DNA of 37,385 bases from Chthoniobacteraceae bacterium (GTDB lineage Bacteria; Verrucomicrobiota; Verrucomicrobiia; Chthoniobacterales; Chthoniobacteraceae), in assembly GCA_031409335.1 (NCBI GenBank), contig JANNWY010000289.1:1-37385 (forward strand). Reading direction: 5' to 3'. The notes under the pieces were generated by a model. That model made no database searches and was not told the origin of the DNA. It was given only the letters and a program-made list of their open reading frames with translations. The translations under genes were made by a program, and so were the position numbers. This document shows positions 36,461-37,385 of this stretch, one piece after another; the first letter of the stretch is position 1, and the number at the start of each line of letters is the position of its first letter.

Positions 36461-36975
36461 GCGCATCGGTCGCCCGCCGCCTTCTGCCGATTGCGGTGGT
36501 CTGCAATACCGGACCCATTATCGCATTGAGCCGTATCAATCAGTTGGACCTCATCCAAAAAATAATACCCTCAATTCGTGTCCCACAAATCGTGGAGAGG
36601 GAACTGCAACAGGGCGCAGACGGCCCCGACGGTTCCATTCATACCTGGCTGAAATCCATCGTCCTGCAAAATCCATCCCACCCACCGGATGCTTTCCTGA
36701 CCGCTGAACTTGATGCCGGTGAAGCCTCGGTGATCGCACTCGCCAATGAACTGAAGATTGCCGTCCTCATGGACGAACGAAAAGGACGCAGGGTCGCATC
36801 TCTGGCCTACGGCCTTCCCGTCATTGGTACCGGCCGACTCCTCATCGAGGCAAAGGAGCGCGGTTTCCTCGGCGCGATCCGACCTCTCATGGAGCAGATG
36901 CGTGCTGGCGGATATTACCTTTCCGACCGTTTGTTCCAAGCCCTCTGTCGCGAAGCAGGCGAATCCACCGACTAA
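36457..36975 (+). CDS. DUF3368-containing PIN-domain putative toxin
   Basis: VVCNTGPIIAL, VPQIVERE, LDAGEASVIALA, LMDERKGRRVA, VIGT, GYYLS. Confidence 0.9.
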   Translation: MSASVARRLLPIAVVCNTGPIIALSRINQLDLIQKIIPSIRVPQIVERELQQGADGPDGSIHTWLKSIVLQNPSHPPDAFLTAELDAGEASVIALANELKIAVLMDERKGRRVASLAYGLPVIGTGRLLIEAKERGFLGAIRPLMEQMRAGGYYLSDRLFQALCREAGESTD

Positions 36976-37022
36976 TCAACACCCGCCGCGAAAGCAACAA
37001 CACGCGAATTCGGAATCCCCGA

Positions 37023-37162
37023 TTTTCTCGCTTCCCGCTTTCTGCTTCTCCCTTCCGATTTCCGATTTCCGCTTTCCGCCTTCCGCTTCTTAGCATTTCC
37101 GCTTTCCGCTTTCCGCTTTTCAAAATTTCACCTTTCCCAATTTCCACTTTCAACTTTTCCCC
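37023..37162 (+). repeat. Long TTTCCGC-type heptamer tract containing direct repeat B copy 2 (37096-37162)
   Basis: Many consecutive degenerate TTTCCGC/TTTCCGA/CTTCCGC units ending 4 nt before the next ATG. Confidence 0.85.
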
Positions 37163-37166
37163 CACT

Positions 37167-37385
37167 ATGATCTCCCGCAAATGGAACTTCCCGATTAGCA
37201 CCCTCCTCTCGCAAGCCACCGTCCTCCACGACGCCCTCATCGACCCCGCCTACACCAGCTCCATGGCCGGGCGCCTCGACCTCGACGGCGACACCGCGCA
37301 GAGCAATTACGCCACTCGGTTCGCCAGCCAGATATCCACCGTCACCTCCGGCGGCACCACCCACAAAGGCAAAACCGGTCAGGCC
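37167..37385 (+). CDS. Hypothetical protein, 5' part (runs off the window)
   Basis: Open frame MISRKWNFPISTLLSQATVLHDALIDPAY...KTGQA with the locus-typical C-ending codons, directly after a heptamer tract. Confidence 0.65.
   Translation, partial: MISRKWNFPISTLLSQATVLHDALIDPAYTSSMAGRLDLDGDTAQSNYATRFASQISTVTSGGTTHKGKTGQA

Noticed and set aside
36042..37162. CRISPR array or integron attC sites
   Set aside because: No constant repeat with unique regular spacers, no cas or intI gene, and no RYYYAAC...GTTRRRY palindromic sites recognised.

Overview
GC-rich bacterial chromosomal segment. The gene content (CRTAC1/ASPIC and FG-GAP proteins, PEP-CTERM, mcsA-mcsB beside ilvE) suggests the PVC superphylum, probably Verrucomicrobia; this is an inference. 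The left 20 kb is on the minus strand and reads, in transcription order: LolD-like ABC ATPase, ilvE, mcsA, mcsB, three secreted beta-helix proteins (one frameshifted by a 10-bp duplication, two sharing a Pho-box-like upstream motif), an LTA-synthase/sulfatase-family membrane protein, a CHASE-PAS hybrid kinase, a CRTAC1-like protein carrying an in-frame 111-bp REP palindrome, and a Sel1 protein. The right 17 kb is on the plus strand: a small secreted two-Cys peptide, an FG-GAP protein, a PEP-CTERM protein, an O-antigen-ligase-family protein, an outer-membrane beta-barrel, wza, wzc, glf, gmd and wzm. The most unusual part is 30.9-37.4 kb. There, every intergenic gap holds co-oriented 7-bp-period repeats, and three toxin-antitoxin pairs plus a four-helix-bundle gene are interleaved with polysaccharide genes. 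Two TA modules are bracketed by longer direct repeats (36 and 67 bp), which resembles a cassette array with no integrase in the window. Two of the three toxins are disrupted while all antitoxins look intact. All family assignments come from motif recognition by eye; no searches were run.
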